A stretch of 64,000 nucleotides of DNA, taken from assembly GCF_000027125.1 (NCBI RefSeq), contig NC_017626.1; one strand, written 5' to 3'. This document shows, piece by piece, positions 36,025 to 46,703 of this stretch. This DNA comes from Escherichia coli 042. GTDB lineage: Bacteria > Pseudomonadota > Gammaproteobacteria > Enterobacterales > Enterobacteriaceae. Under the pieces are notes generated by a model that saw only the letters and a program-made list of their open reading frames with translations, made no database searches and had not been told where the DNA came from. How positions within the stretch are numbered: position 1 is the stretch's first letter; each line of letters opens with the position of its first letter. A program made the translations under genes and the position numbers.

Positions 36025-36048
36025 CCGGATGCGAGTTTTCGCATCCGG
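36025..36048. terminator. bidirectional hairpin between convergent cysS and ybcI
   Basis: Palindrome ccggatgcga-gttt-tcgcatccgg; the T-run is weak, so it may be a REP-like structure rather than a strong terminator. Confidence 0.45.
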
Positions 36049-36570
36049 TTATCGTCTGCGCCACCACAACATTCCCATCAGTAGCATCCCCGGCAACCAC
36101 ACCCACATCAATTCAGAAATAATCACCTGATGCCCGTACGGCGTGGTGTAACGAGACAATGCAAACGGCGCGACTTTAATCACCTGCCAGGGAGCGAAAA
36201 AGCGTTCATCTGACCACGGCCACAGCCAGCCAACGCCCTTACCACCAGTGGTTACCGCATCCAGCAAGCTGTGCGATAACAACGAGACGGTTAAAAACAG
36301 CCAGCAGCGAATCAGCCCAGCCCTGAACCATCGACGTCCAATCAGCACACATAACAGCGGGACAACAAACGCAAACACCAGCGAATGGGTAAACCCGCGA
36401 TGACCAAAAACATTGCCGTAAGCAACGCCAAATTTAAACGACAATACGTCGGCATCGGGCAGCATCGCCAGGATGATTCCGGCAAATAACAGGCGCGGAG
36501 GGATGACTTTCGAACCCAACCCTAAAGCAATGCAAAGGGGAACGGCTGCGTGCGTAATAACGGTTGGCAT
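36049..36570 (-). CDS. ybcI: inner membrane protein YbcI
   Basis: 173 aa, hydrophobic. Confidence 0.85.
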   Translation of the reverse strand: MPTVITHAAVPLCIALGLGSKVIPPRLLFAGIILAMLPDADVLSFKFGVAYGNVFGHRGFTHSLVFAFVVPLLCVLIGRRWFRAGLIRCWLFLTVSLLSHSLLDAVTTGGKGVGWLWPWSDERFFAPWQVIKVAPFALSRYTTPYGHQVIISELMWVWLPGMLLMGMLWWRRR

Positions 36571-36677
36571 GATGGTCGCTTCGGCAAAATGTCGATGCTA
36601 TCAGCATGGATGAACGGGGCGTAGAGGGCAAAAGTCTGAAAAGAGAACCGGCCTGTTGTTACAGGCCGGGAAAGGGA

Positions 36678-36890
36678 TCAGGCAACAACCTGTACGCTGT
36701 GACCGGCAAAACTCACTGTCTGCCCGGCAACGATTTTGCAGCGTTTGCGCGTTTCAACCGCACCGTCGACTTTCACCTGGCCTTCGGCAATCGCGATTTT
36801 CGCCTGCGCGCCGCTTTCGCTCCAGCCTTCCAGTTTCAGCAAGTCGCACAGCTCAACGTGCGGATGTTTACCTAAAGAAAATGTCGCCAT
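36678..36890 (-). CDS. ybcJ: S4-like RNA-binding protein YbcJ
   Basis: Internal start MATFSLGKHPHVE gives 70 aa immediately downstream of folD; the track's longer ORF would overlap folD. Confidence 0.75.
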   Translation of the reverse strand: MATFSLGKHPHVELCDLLKLEGWSESGAQAKIAIAEGQVKVDGAVETRKRCKIVAGQTVSFAGHSVQVVA

Positions 36891-36891
36891 G

Positions 36892-37758
36892 TTACTCACC
36901 CTGTGGATCATGATATTCAACGCACGCCTGTAGCGTGTTTTCAATTAGCGTGGCAACCGTCATCGGGCCAACGCCGCCGGGAACAGGCGTAATGTATGAG
37001 GCGCGTTTAGCCGCGTCTTCAAACACGACGTCGCCCACAACTTTGCCATTTTCCAGACGGTTGATGCCGACATCAATCACAATTGCGCCTTCTTTGATCC
37101 AGTCACCGGGAATAAAGCCTGGCTTACCGACGGCAACGATCAATAGATCGGCATTTTCTACGTGGTGACGCAGATTTTTAGTGAAACGGTGAGTCACGGT
37201 GGTGGTGCAACCTGCCAGTAGCAGTTCCATGCTCATCGGGCGGCCAACGATATTCGATGCGCCAATCACCACGGCGTTGAGGCCGAAGGTATCAATGTTG
37301 TAACGCTCAAGCAGCGTGACAATACCGCGCGGGGTGCAGGGACGCAGACGCGGCGCGCGCTGGCACAGGCGACCGACGTTATAAGGATGGAAACCGTCTA
37401 CGTCTTTGTCCGGGTGAATTCGTTCCAGCACTTTGACGTTATCAATACCCGCCGGTAACGGCAGTTGAACCAGAATGCCATCGATGGTGTTGTCGGCATT
37501 CAGCGTATCGATAAGCTCCAGCAGCTCCGCTTCGCTGGTGGTTTCCGGGAGGTCGTAAGAGCGGGAGACGAACCCGACTTCTTCACAAGCCTTGCGTTTG
37601 CTTGCGACATAAATTTGCGATGCAGGGTTACTACCCACCAGCACAACGGCCAGTCCTGGTGCCCGCAGTCCGGCTGCAATACGCGCCTGAACTTTTTGAG
37701 CAACTTCAGAGCGCACCTGCTGCGCAATCGTTTTACCGTCAATAATCTTTGCTGCCAT
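36892..37758 (-). CDS. folD: bifunctional methylene-THF dehydrogenase/cyclohydrolase
   Basis: 288 aa. Confidence 0.95.
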   Translation of the reverse strand: MAAKIIDGKTIAQQVRSEVAQKVQARIAAGLRAPGLAVVLVGSNPASQIYVASKRKACEEVGFVSRSYDLPETTSEAELLELIDTLNADNTIDGILVQLPLPAGIDNVKVLERIHPDKDVDGFHPYNVGRLCQRAPRLRPCTPRGIVTLLERYNIDTFGLNAVVIGASNIVGRPMSMELLLAGCTTTVTHRFTKNLRHHVENADLLIVAVGKPGFIPGDWIKEGAIVIDVGINRLENGKVVGDVVFEDAAKRASYITPVPGGVGPMTVATLIENTLQACVEYHDPQGE

Positions 37759-38228
37759 CAGAGAGAGGATTCCATCTGTTACGTAGGTCGAAGGGGATGC
37801 GCCTATTTTGTCAGAAGCGGGGCGCGCTGTCAGGTTTCGTTTCAGATTTATCGCGTGAAGCGACCTCGTGCGAAGGTGAGGCGCACTGTCGCTGAGATTG
37901 AAAGCTTCATTTTTCGTCCATGATGGCGTTGTAAATCTGGAACTGACTTATTTCCTTGTCAAAGGATTAAGATAATTTAAGAAATACCTGACAATATAAA
38001 AAGAATTTTCAGCCTGGTAATTTACCGCTTCAGGTCTATATTTGTGTTGAATATATTTTGCGCGGAAGTATTCATCTAACGGGGCTCTCTATTTTTTAGA
38101 ATAGAGTGCATATTTTCAATTAAGACATTCTTAGAGGATAAAAAGGAATTTACTACTATCAGTGTCTTAAATAAAGTAATCGGTTATATACGGATGTGGA
38201 GTCGATAAATGAGATTGAAGGAATATAT

Positions 38229-38771
38229 ATGAAATTAAGATTTATTTCGTCTGCGCTGGCCGCCGCACTATTCGCCGCTACGGGTAGTTATGCTGCCGTT
38301 GTAGATGGCGGTACAATTCACTTTGAAGGCGAACTGGTGAATGCTGCCTGTTCAGTGAATACTGACTCGGCAGACCAGGTTGTCACACTCGGTCAATATC
38401 GTACCGATATTTTCAATGCTGTTGGTAATACCTCTGCATTAATTCCATTCACTATACAGTTGAACGACTGCGATCCTGTCGTTGCCGCTAATGCTGCCGT
38501 TGCATTTTCTGGTCAGGCGGATGCAATCAATGATAATTTATTGGCCATTGCATCCAGTACTAATACAACAACAGCAACGGGTGTCGGTATTGAAATACTT
38601 GATAATACATCCGCAATTCTCAAACCTGATGGGAATAGCTTCTCAACCAACCAGAACTTGATCCCCGGGACCAACGTTCTTCATTTTTCTGCACGTTATA
38701 AAGGCACCGGTACAAGTGCATCAGCAGGGCAAGCAAATGCTGACGCGACTTTTATTATGAGATACGAATAA
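38229..38771 (+). CDS. sfmA: type 1-like fimbrial major subunit
   Basis: Start at [22 protein letters not shown] gives 180 aa with signal peptide; AT-rich upstream region. Confidence 0.9.
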   Translation: MKLRFISSALAAALFAATGSYAAVVDGGTIHFEGELVNAACSVNTDSADQVVTLGQYRTDIFNAVGNTSALIPFTIQLNDCDPVVAANAAVAFSGQADAINDNLLAIASSTNTTTATGVGIEILDNTSAILKPDGNSFSTNQNLIPGTNVLHFSARYKGTGTSASAGQANADATFIMRYE

Positions 38772-38990
38772 TCAAAACCACGTTGTTTTGAATTATATAT
38801 CACGTCTTATAACAAAGTAATGTACCGGTTGTCTGAAGCGGTATGGTGGCAATGTAAATCGAAATCATATTCACTTTGTATCATGCCGCTTTATTAAATG
38901 AAAAGGGAATGATGTGTTGTAAGAAACCAAAGCAATCATTTCTTTATACTCCTTATTTTTGCCGTCAGGAATACACAAGGCGTATTAACT

Positions 38991-39683
38991 ATGATGACTA
39001 AAATAAAGTTATTGATGCTCATTATATTTTATTTAATCATTTCGGCCAGCGCCCATGCTGCCGGAGGGATCGCATTAGGTGCCACGCGTATTATTTATCC
39101 CGCTGATGCTAAACAGACTGCGGTATGGATTAGAAATAGCCATACCAATGAGCGCTTTCTGGTCAATTCGTGGATTGAAAACAGCAGCGGTGTAAAAGAA
39201 AAGTCATTCATCATTACACCGCCACTGTTTGTTAGTGAACCCAAAAGCGAAAATACTTTGCGTATTATTTACACCGGTCCACCGCTGGCGGCAGATCGTG
39301 AGTCTCTGTTCTGGATGAATGTTAAGACGATCCCTTCGGTAGATAAAAATGCATTGAACGGCAGGAATGTTTTGCAACTGGCGATTTTATCGCGCATGAA
39401 ATTATTTCTCCGTCCAATTCAATTACAAGAATTACCCGCAGAAGCGCCGGACACACTCAAGTTTTCGCGATCCGGTAACTATATCAATGTTCATAATCCA
39501 TCACCTTTTTATGTCACCCTGGTTAACTTGCAAGTGGGCAGCCAAAAACTGGGGAATGCTATGGCTGCACCCAGAGTTAATTCACAAATTCCCTTACCCT
39601 CAGGAGTGCAGGGAAAGCTGAAATTTCAGACCGTTAATGATTATGGTTCAGTAACCCCGGTCAGAGAAGTGAACTTAAACTAA
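38991..39683 (+). CDS. sfmC: periplasmic fimbrial chaperone
   Basis: 230 aa with signal peptide; PapD-like. Confidence 0.9.
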   Translation: MMTKIKLLMLIIFYLIISASAHAAGGIALGATRIIYPADAKQTAVWIRNSHTNERFLVNSWIENSSGVKEKSFIITPPLFVSEPKSENTLRIIYTGPPLAADRESLFWMNVKTIPSVDKNALNGRNVLQLAILSRMKLFLRPIQLQELPAEAPDTLKFSRSGNYINVHNPSPFYVTLVNLQVGSQKLGNAMAAPRVNSQIPLPSGVQGKLKFQTVNDYGSVTPVREVNLN

Positions 39684-39713
39684 CCGAATCATCTGACAAT
39701 ATCAGAGCTAATT

Positions 39714-42323
39714 ATGAAAATACCCACTACTACGGATATTCCGCAGAGGTATACCTGGTGTCTGGCCGGAATTTGTTATTCATCTCTTGCCATTTTACCC
39801 TCCTTTTTAAGCTATGCGGAAAGTTATTTCAACCCGGCATTTTTATTAGAGAATGGCACATCCGTTGCTGATTTATCGCGCTTTGAGAGAGGTAATCATC
39901 AACCTGCGGGCGTGTATCGGGTGGATCTCTGGCGTAATGATGAGTTCATTGGTTCACAGGATATCGTATTTGAATCGACGACAGTAAATACAGGTGATAA
40001 ATCAGGTGGGTTAATGCCTTGTTTTAATCAGGCACTCCTTGAACGAATTGGCCTTAATAGCAGTGCATTCCCCGAGTTAGCCCAGCAGCAAAATAATAAA
40101 TGCATTAATTTACTGAAAGCTGTACCTGATGCCACAATTAACTTTGATTTTGCAGCGATGCGCCTGAACATCACTATTCCTCAGATAGCGTTGTTGAGTA
40201 GCGCTCACGGTTACATTCCGCCTGAAGAGTGGGATGAAGGTATTCCTGCTTTACTCCTGAATTATAATTTCACCGGTAACAGAGGTAATGGTAACGATAG
40301 CTATTTTTTTAGTGAACTCAGCGGGATTAATATTGGCCCGTGGCGTTTACGCAACAATGGTTCCTGGAACTATTTTCGCGGAAATGGATATCATTCAGAA
40401 CAGTGGAATAATATTGGCACCTGGGTACAGCGCGCCATTATTCCGCTGAAAAGTGAACTGGTAATGGGAGACGGTAATACAGGGAGTGATATTTTCGATG
40501 GCGTCGGATTTCGAGGTGTACGGCTTTATTCTTCCGATAATATGTATCCTGATAGCCAGCAAGGGTTTGCCCCAACGGTACGTGGGATTGCCCGTACGGC
40601 GGCCCAGCTAACGATTCGGCAAAATGGTTTTATTATCTATCAAAGCTATGTTTCCCCCGGCGCTTTTGAAATTACAGATTTACACCCGACATCTTCAAAT
40701 GGCGATCTGGACGTCACCATCGACGAGCGCGATGGTAATCAGCAGAATTACACTATTCCGTATTCGACAGTGCCAATTTTACAACGCGAAGGGCGTTTCA
40801 AATTTGACCTGACGGCGGGTGATTTTCGTAGCGGTAATAGTCAGCAATCGTCGCCTTTCTTTTTTCAGGGCACGGCACTCGGCGGTTTACCACAGGAATT
40901 TACTGCCTACGGCGGGACGCAATTATCTGCAAATTACACCGCCTTTTTGTTAGGGTTGGGGCGCAACCTCGGGAACTGGGGCGCAGTGTCGCTGGATGTA
41001 ACGCATGCGCGCAGTCAGTTAGCCGACGACAGTCGTCATGAGGGGGATTCCATTCGCTTCCTCTATGCGAAATCAATGAACACTTTCGGCACCAATTTTC
41101 AGTTAATGGGTTACCGCTATTCGACACAAGGTTTTTATACCCTTGATGATGTTGCGTATCGTCGAATGGAGGGGTACGAATATGATTACGATTATGACGG
41201 TGAGCATCGCGATGAACCGATAATCGTGAATTACCACAATTTACGCTTTAGCCGTAAAGACCGTTTGCAGTTAAATATTTCACAATCACTTAATGACTTT
41301 GGCTCGCTTTATATCTCTGGTACCCATCAAAAATACTGGAATACTTCGGATTCAGATACCTGGTATCAGGTGGGGTATACCAGCAGCTGGGTTGGCATCA
41401 GTTATTCACTCTCATTTTCGTGGAATGAATCTGTAGGGATCCCCGATAACGAACGTATTGTCGGACTTAATGTTTCAGTGCCTTTCAATGTTCTGACCAA
41501 ACGTCGCTACACCCGGGAAAATGCGCTCGACCGCGCTTATGCCTCCTTTAACGCCAACCGTAACAGCAACGGGCAAAATAGCTGGCTGGCAGGCGTTGGT
41601 GGGACCTTACTGGAAGGCCACAACCTGAGTTATCACGTAAGCCAAGGCGATACCTCGAATAATGGGTATACGGGCAGCGCCACGGCAAACTGGCAGGCCG
41701 CTTACGGTACGCTGGGGGTCGGGTATAACTACGACCGCGATCAACATGACGTTAACTGGCAGCTGTCTGGCGGTGTGGTCGGGCATGAAAATGGTATAAC
41801 GCTGAGCCAGCCTTTAGGGGATACCAATGTTTTGATTAAAGCGCCAGGCGCAGGCGGTGTACGCATTGAAAATCAAACTGGAATTTTAACCGACTGGCGC
41901 GGCTATGCGGTGATGCCGTATGCCACGGTTTATCGGTATAACCGTATCGCGCTTGATACCAATACGATGGGGAATTCCATCGATGTTGAAAAAAATATTA
42001 GCAGCGTTGTGCCGACGCAAGGCGCGTTGGTTCGTGCCAATTTTGATACCCGCATAGGCGTGCGGGCGCTCATTACCGTTACCCAGGGCGGAAAACCGGT
42101 GCCGTTTGGATCACTGGTACGGGAAAACAGTACCGGAATAACCAGTATGGTGGGTGATGACGGGCAAGTTTATTTAAGCGGTGCGCCATTGTCTGGTGAA
42201 TTACTGGTTCAGTGGGGAGACGGCGCGAACTCACGCTGCATTGCGCACTATGTATTGCCGAAGCAAAGATTACAGCAAGCCGTCACTGTTATTTCGGCAG
42301 TTTGCACACATCCTGGCTCATAA
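39714..42323 (+). CDS. sfmD: outer membrane fimbrial usher
   Basis: 869-aa ORF in the chaperone-usher order. Confidence 0.9.
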   Translation: MKIPTTTDIPQRYTWCLAGICYSSLAILPSFLSYAESYFNPAFLLENGTSVADLSRFERGNHQPAGVYRVDLWRNDEFIGSQDIVFESTTVNTGDKSGGLMPCFNQALLERIGLNSSAFPELAQQQNNKCINLLKAVPDATINFDFAAMRLNITIPQIALLSSAHGYIPPEEWDEGIPALLLNYNFTGNRGNGNDSYFFSELSGINIGPWRLRNNGSWNYFRGNGYHSEQWNNIGTWVQRAIIPLKSELVMGDGNTGSDIFDGVGFRGVRLYSSDNMYPDSQQGFAPTVRGIARTAAQLTIRQNGFIIYQSYVSPGAFEITDLHPTSSNGDLDVTIDERDGNQQNYTIPYSTVPILQREGRFKFDLTAGDFRSGNSQQSSPFFFQGTALGGLPQEFTAYGGTQLSANYTAFLLGLGRNLGNWGAVSLDVTHARSQLADDSRHEGDSIRFLYAKSMNTFGTNFQLMGYRYSTQGFYTLDDVAYRRMEGYEYDYDYDGEHRDEPIIVNYHNLRFSRKDRLQLNISQSLNDFGSLYISGTHQKYWNTSDSDTWYQVGYTSSWVGISYSLSFSWNESVGIPDNERIVGLNVSVPFNVLTKRRYTRENALDRAYASFNANRNSNGQNSWLAGVGGTLLEGHNLSYHVSQGDTSNNGYTGSATANWQAAYGTLGVGYNYDRDQHDVNWQLSGGVVGHENGITLSQPLGDTNVLIKAPGAGGVRIENQTGILTDWRGYAVMPYATVYRYNRIALDTNTMGNSIDVEKNISSVVPTQGALVRANFDTRIGVRALITVTQGGKPVPFGSLVRENSTGITSMVGDDGQVYLSGAPLSGELLVQWGDGANSRCIAHYVLPKQRLQQAVTVISAVCTHPGS

Positions 42324-42335
42324 AGGAAATTATCA

Positions 42336-43343
42336 ATGAAGATAATCTGCAGATTATTATTGGCAATGGCATGTTTGTGTCTGGCAAACATATCCTGGGC
42401 TACTGTTTGTGCAAATAGTACTGGCGTAGCAGAAGATGAACACTATGATCTCTCAAATGTCTTTAATAGCACCAATAACCAGCCAGGGCAGATTGTTGTT
42501 TTACCGGAAAAATCCGGCTGGGTAGGTGTATCAGCAATTTGTCCACCCGGCACGCTGGTGAATTATACATACCGTAGTTATGTCACCAACTTTATTGTTC
42601 AGGAAACTATCGATAATTATAAATATATGCAATTAAATGATTATCTATTAGGTGCGATGAGTCTGGTTGATAGCGTGATGGATATTCAATTCCCTCCGCA
42701 AAATTATATTCGTATGGGAACAGATCCTAACGTTTCGCAAAACCTTCCGTTCGGGGTGATGGATTCTCGTTTGATATTTCGTTTAAAGGTTATTCGTCCC
42801 TTTATTAACATGGTGGAGATCCCCAGACAGGTGATGTTTACCGTGTATGTGACATCAACGCCTAACGATCCGTTGGTTACACCTGTTTATACCATTAGTT
42901 TTGGTGGCCGGGTTGAAGTACCGCAAAACTGCGAATTAAATGCCGGGCAAATTGTTGAATTTGATTTTGGTGATATCGGCGCATCGTTATTTAGTGCGGC
43001 AGGGCCGGGGAATCGACCAGCTGGTGTCATGCCGCAAACCAAGAGCATTGCGATCAAATGTACGAATGTTGCTGCGCAGGCTTATTTAATAATGCGTCTG
43101 GAAGCCAGTGCCGTTTCTGGTCAGGCGATGGTGTCGGACAATCAGGATTTAGGTTTTATTGTGGCCGATCAGAACGATACGCCGATCACGCCTAACGATC
43201 TCAATAGCGTTATTCCTTTCCGTCTGGATGCAGCTGCGGCAGCCAATGTCACACTTCGCGCCTGGCCTATCAGTATTACCGGTCAAAAACCGACCGAAGG
43301 GCCGTTTAGCGCGCTGGGGTATTTACGCGTCGATTATCAATGA
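42336..43343 (+). CDS. sfmH: fimbrial adhesin-like subunit
   Basis: 335-aa ORF with signal peptide (an internal Met 10 codons in gives 325 aa). Confidence 0.85.
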   Translation: MKIICRLLLAMACLCLANISWATVCANSTGVAEDEHYDLSNVFNSTNNQPGQIVVLPEKSGWVGVSAICPPGTLVNYTYRSYVTNFIVQETIDNYKYMQLNDYLLGAMSLVDSVMDIQFPPQNYIRMGTDPNVSQNLPFGVMDSRLIFRLKVIRPFINMVEIPRQVMFTVYVTSTPNDPLVTPVYTISFGGRVEVPQNCELNAGQIVEFDFGDIGASLFSAAGPGNRPAGVMPQTKSIAIKCTNVAAQAYLIMRLEASAVSGQAMVSDNQDLGFIVADQNDTPITPNDLNSVIPFRLDAAAAANVTLRAWPISITGQKPTEGPFSALGYLRVDYQ

Positions 43344-43353
43344 GGTACGGAGA

Positions 43354-43869
43354 ATGAGAAGAGTACTTTTTAGCTGTTTCTGCGGGCTACTGTGGAGTTC
43401 CAGTGGATGGGCAGTTGACCCTTTAGGAACGATTAATATCAATTTGCACGGTAACGTTGTTGATTTCTCCTGTACCGTAAACACAGCGGATAAGGATAAG
43501 ACGGTAGATTTAGGCAGATGGCCTACGACACAATTACTGAGCGCTGGCGATACCACGGCACTCGTCCCTTTTAGCCTGCGGCTGGAGGGATGTCCTCCGG
43601 GTTCAGTTGCGATTTTATTTACGGGAACGCCGGCATCTGATGCCAACCTGCTGGCTTTGGATGATCCCGCAATGGCACAAACCGTCGCCATCGAATTACG
43701 TAATAGCGATCGCTCCCGGCTCGCACTGGGGGAGGCGAGCCCGACTGAGGAAGTAGATGCAAATGGCAATGTCACACTAAACTTTTTTGCCAATTATCGA
43801 GCGTTAGCCAGCGGTGTTCAGCCAGGTGTGGCGAAAGCGGATGCGATATTTATGATCAATTATAATTAA
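43354..43869 (+). CDS. sfmF: minor fimbrial subunit
   Basis: Start at MRRVLFSCFCGLLWSSSGWA gives 171 aa with signal peptide. Confidence 0.85.
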   Translation: MRRVLFSCFCGLLWSSSGWAVDPLGTININLHGNVVDFSCTVNTADKDKTVDLGRWPTTQLLSAGDTTALVPFSLRLEGCPPGSVAILFTGTPASDANLLALDDPAMAQTVAIELRNSDRSRLALGEASPTEEVDANGNVTLNFFANYRALASGVQPGVAKADAIFMINYN

Positions 43870-43871
43870 TA

Positions 43872-44504
43872 TTATATTAATTCATATAATTTGGCATAGT
43901 CGATAAGCTCTACAATTGAATGCAAACCTAGCTTGCCATAAATATTAGATTTATGCGCACTAACTGTTTTATTGCTAAGTAATAACTTATCGGCAATTTC
44001 TTTATTGGATAATCCGCTAACCAGATAACGTAATATGGTCACTTCACGATTAGATAGCACCGTGACCGTTGAACTATTCGTACTGCATTTATTGCTTTTT
44101 ATATAGTTGAGCGTTTCGCTGGGGAAAAAAGTGTATCCGGAGAGGATCATCTGAACGGCGTGAAAAATATCATTTTGATCATTGCATTTACTGACAAAAC
44201 CGTTAGCACCAGCTTGTATCGCTCTGCCAGCATAAAAGCATTCTGATTTCGATGATAAAAATAATACTTTCACTGTGCTCTGGATTTGTTTGATCCTTTT
44301 CAGGAAGGTAAAACCGTCTGTTCCGGGCAAGTCTATATCCATAATGATTAAATCAACAGGACGGGTTCGGAGATAATCGATGGTTATGCGATAATCATCC
44401 GTTTTCAGGACAATTTGCAATTCATTGTTTTTTTGCAACAGAACTTCAATAGACATTCTGATGATAGGATGAGTATCCATAATGATCACCGACGTTGGTT
44501 TCAT
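43872..44504 (-). CDS. fimZ: LuxR/NarL-family response regulator FimZ
   Basis: Start at MKPTSVIIMDTHPI gives 210 aa; receiver domain plus C-terminal LuxR HTH. Confidence 0.9.
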   Translation of the reverse strand: MKPTSVIIMDTHPIIRMSIEVLLQKNNELQIVLKTDDYRITIDYLRTRPVDLIIMDIDLPGTDGFTFLKRIKQIQSTVKVLFLSSKSECFYAGRAIQAGANGFVSKCNDQNDIFHAVQMILSGYTFFPSETLNYIKSNKCSTNSSTVTVLSNREVTILRYLVSGLSNKEIADKLLLSNKTVSAHKSNIYGKLGLHSIVELIDYAKLYELI

Positions 44505-44687
44505 AGTTACCAGTCTCATTGGATCGGACAATTTTCCGTTAGGGCGGGAAATTGTACTTTGATACATGAAAATACGGGTTTTCTTGATTCAGACGCGCAG
44601 CGATGTGCGTTTGTTTGCCGCTATAGCGAAATAAATCAGAAAATCAGACGCGGTCGTTCACTTGTTCAGCAACCAGATCAAAAGCCA

Positions 44688-44715
44688 TTGACTCAGCAAG
44701 GGTTGACCGTATAAT
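44688..44715 (+). promoter_or_regulatory. candidate argU promoter (TTGACT, 16-bp spacer, TATAAT)
   Basis: -35 TTGACT at 44688-44693 and -10 TATAAT at 44710-44715, ~30 bp upstream of the tRNA. Confidence 0.6.
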
Positions 44716-44746
44716 TCACGCGATTACACCGCATTGCGGTATCAAC

Positions 44747-44823
44747 GCGCCCTTAGCTCAGTTGGATAGAGCAACGACCTTCTAAGTCGTGGGCCGCAGG
44801 TTCGAATCCTGCAGGGCGCGCCA
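44747..44823 (+). tRNA. argU: tRNA-Arg (anticodon UCU)
   Basis: 77-nt cloverleaf: acceptor gcgccct.../...agggcgc-CCA, D-arm agctcagttggatagagc, anticodon loop cTTCTAa, T-arm ggttcgaatcc. Confidence 0.95.
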
Positions 44824-44868
44824 TTTCTTCTTCATTTATCCCCGTCTTATCCGTTTCCGCTTTGCCCT

Positions 44869-45630
44869 TCACCACATCACTTTTTGTCGCTGTTTGGCGA
44901 GATAATTCAACGGTGTCAGGCCGTAAAACGCCTTAAAAACAGAGATAAAGTACGACGTGCTGCTATAGCCACATAATTGCGCTACCTGAGTGATATTTTT
45001 GTTATCCATCAATAACATCTGTACGGCGTAACGCATACGACACTCTGTGACAATCTGGCTATAGCTGGTATTTTCGTTTTTTAATTTCTTTTTGAGCAGG
45101 CTGGGGCTTAAACATAGCGAACTGGCGACAATTCGCAGATTCCAGTAATGCTGAATATCGCTTTGAATAATGCGGCAGACGCTGTCGCGGACGCTGCTGC
45201 GTAAGATATACATCAGTAGGGCAATAAACCGCGATTGCTCAAGAAAGTTAGACAATACGGTAAAAAGCAATGCGCGCGTCAACTCCGCTTCGCAGGGTTT
45301 GCTGGGTTGCTGCTTGCTGTGGTTGGCGGCTAGCCGGAACACTTCCGGTGTACGGCTATGACAAGCGATAACCGGGGTTGCCAGCCGCGACCAGGGCTTT
45401 ACACAGGTTAAGTTCTTATTTAAAAACAACAGATAATCGTTGATGATGTTGCGGTTGATGTGGGTGATTAATACGTGATTTAACGTTGAGAGTTCAATGA
45501 CGTTATTGTTGCACGCGAAGGCGGCCAGGTAATTTTTCGGAAGGGTAAACGTGGCATGGTTATTGACGCTTACCTCTACCTCTTTTTCGGTCAGGATCAC
45601 CACGCAAGGTTCACTGCTGCTCAATTGCAT
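44869..45630 (-). CDS. envY: AraC-family transcriptional regulator
   Basis: 253 aa; C-terminal AraC-type double HTH; sits next to ybcH as envY does in K-12. Confidence 0.75.
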   Translation of the reverse strand: MQLSSSEPCVVILTEKEVEVSVNNHATFTLPKNYLAAFACNNNVIELSTLNHVLITHINRNIINDYLLFLNKNLTCVKPWSRLATPVIACHSRTPEVFRLAANHSKQQPSKPCEAELTRALLFTVLSNFLEQSRFIALLMYILRSSVRDSVCRIIQSDIQHYWNLRIVASSLCLSPSLLKKKLKNENTSYSQIVTECRMRYAVQMLLMDNKNITQVAQLCGYSSTSYFISVFKAFYGLTPLNYLAKQRQKVMW

Positions 45631-45812
45631 TTCGCACTCCTCAGATATCAGAAACTCCGCTCAAAGGATCTATGCTTCCTGCATGAGTGATCGGCCCGTT
45701 CGCCGATAACGATCTTCTTTCTTTAGCACGCTTTTTAGCAATTAATCTTGATGGAATTCTGACGAGAGCGAAAGAGGTAAGCCAGGTCGTACCCGACTTA
45801 CCTGGAGGAGAT

Positions 45813-46703
45813 TTAATACTCGAGAATGCCGTGCGCAACGGGCAAATAGCGCAGAGAGAAATAGAGCGTGTCTTTACCGCAAGAGGAACGTTTCGCTAAC
45901 AGCGAGGCGATCTCTGCATCCGGTTTCGGTTTCGCTGTAAAGGTTTTACCTTTGCCGGCGACAAACAGTTCATAAACAATGCCGCTGGCAGGGGCGGAAC
46001 TTTGGCAATCGGCGCTGGCCTGTAGATAACGTTCACGCTGTTCAGCGGTAAGTTTATTCACGCCGCTGCCATCCTGTACCCAGACATTAACGCCGGTTGT
46101 TTTAACTTGTTCCAGCAGTTGGCGATAGCCATCGGGCGACATGTTTCCGGCGAAAAAACTACTGATATAAACCGGTTTTGCTGAAACATCGCTAATCAAC
46201 CGCTGCGCGTTGTTTAACCATGTCAGCAACGGTTGACGGGCGGCTTCGCTGCGCCAGTTCAGGTCGTCAATTTCCGCGCTGATGTACCAGCCATCCGGCG
46301 TTACGCCAGGCGCGGCGCTCCATAATCTGGCTTGCTGGAGATCGGCAGCCAGCAGGCGATTAAGATAGCTTTCCAGCGCCGCGGATGACTGTTTCTGGTG
46401 CATAAAAAATTCCGGATCGGCATTCAGCCCGACAATCAGCTTCAGGCCAGCCTGTTGCGCAGCTGCTGCACGCTTAAACAATAACGCGCGCTGTTCTGGC
46501 TGGGTGAATGCATCGCCGTAACGGGTCCATTGCAAAACCAGGGTATCGAAGCCTTGCAAACGTAACTGACTCATCAGCCCCTGCCACTGGGTATCGGTAA
46601 CCTGACTATCACGGTTTTGTGGTTGCCAGATAATACCTTTCATCGCAAAGGAAAAAGGGCTGACCAAAAGCAGTGTCAGCAATACGAAAATGAACTTACG
46701 CAT
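45813..46703 (-). CDS. ybcH: periplasmic protein YbcH (third gene of the nfrBA operon)
   Basis: 296 aa with signal peptide; immediately downstream of nfrA. Confidence 0.85.
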   Translation of the reverse strand: MRKFIFVLLTLLLVSPFSFAMKGIIWQPQNRDSQVTDTQWQGLMSQLRLQGFDTLVLQWTRYGDAFTQPEQRALLFKRAAAAQQAGLKLIVGLNADPEFFMHQKQSSAALESYLNRLLAADLQQARLWSAAPGVTPDGWYISAEIDDLNWRSEAARQPLLTWLNNAQRLISDVSAKPVYISSFFAGNMSPDGYRQLLEQVKTTGVNVWVQDGSGVNKLTAEQRERYLQASADCQSSAPASGIVYELFVAGKGKTFTAKPKPDAEIASLLAKRSSCGKDTLYFSLRYLPVAHGILEY

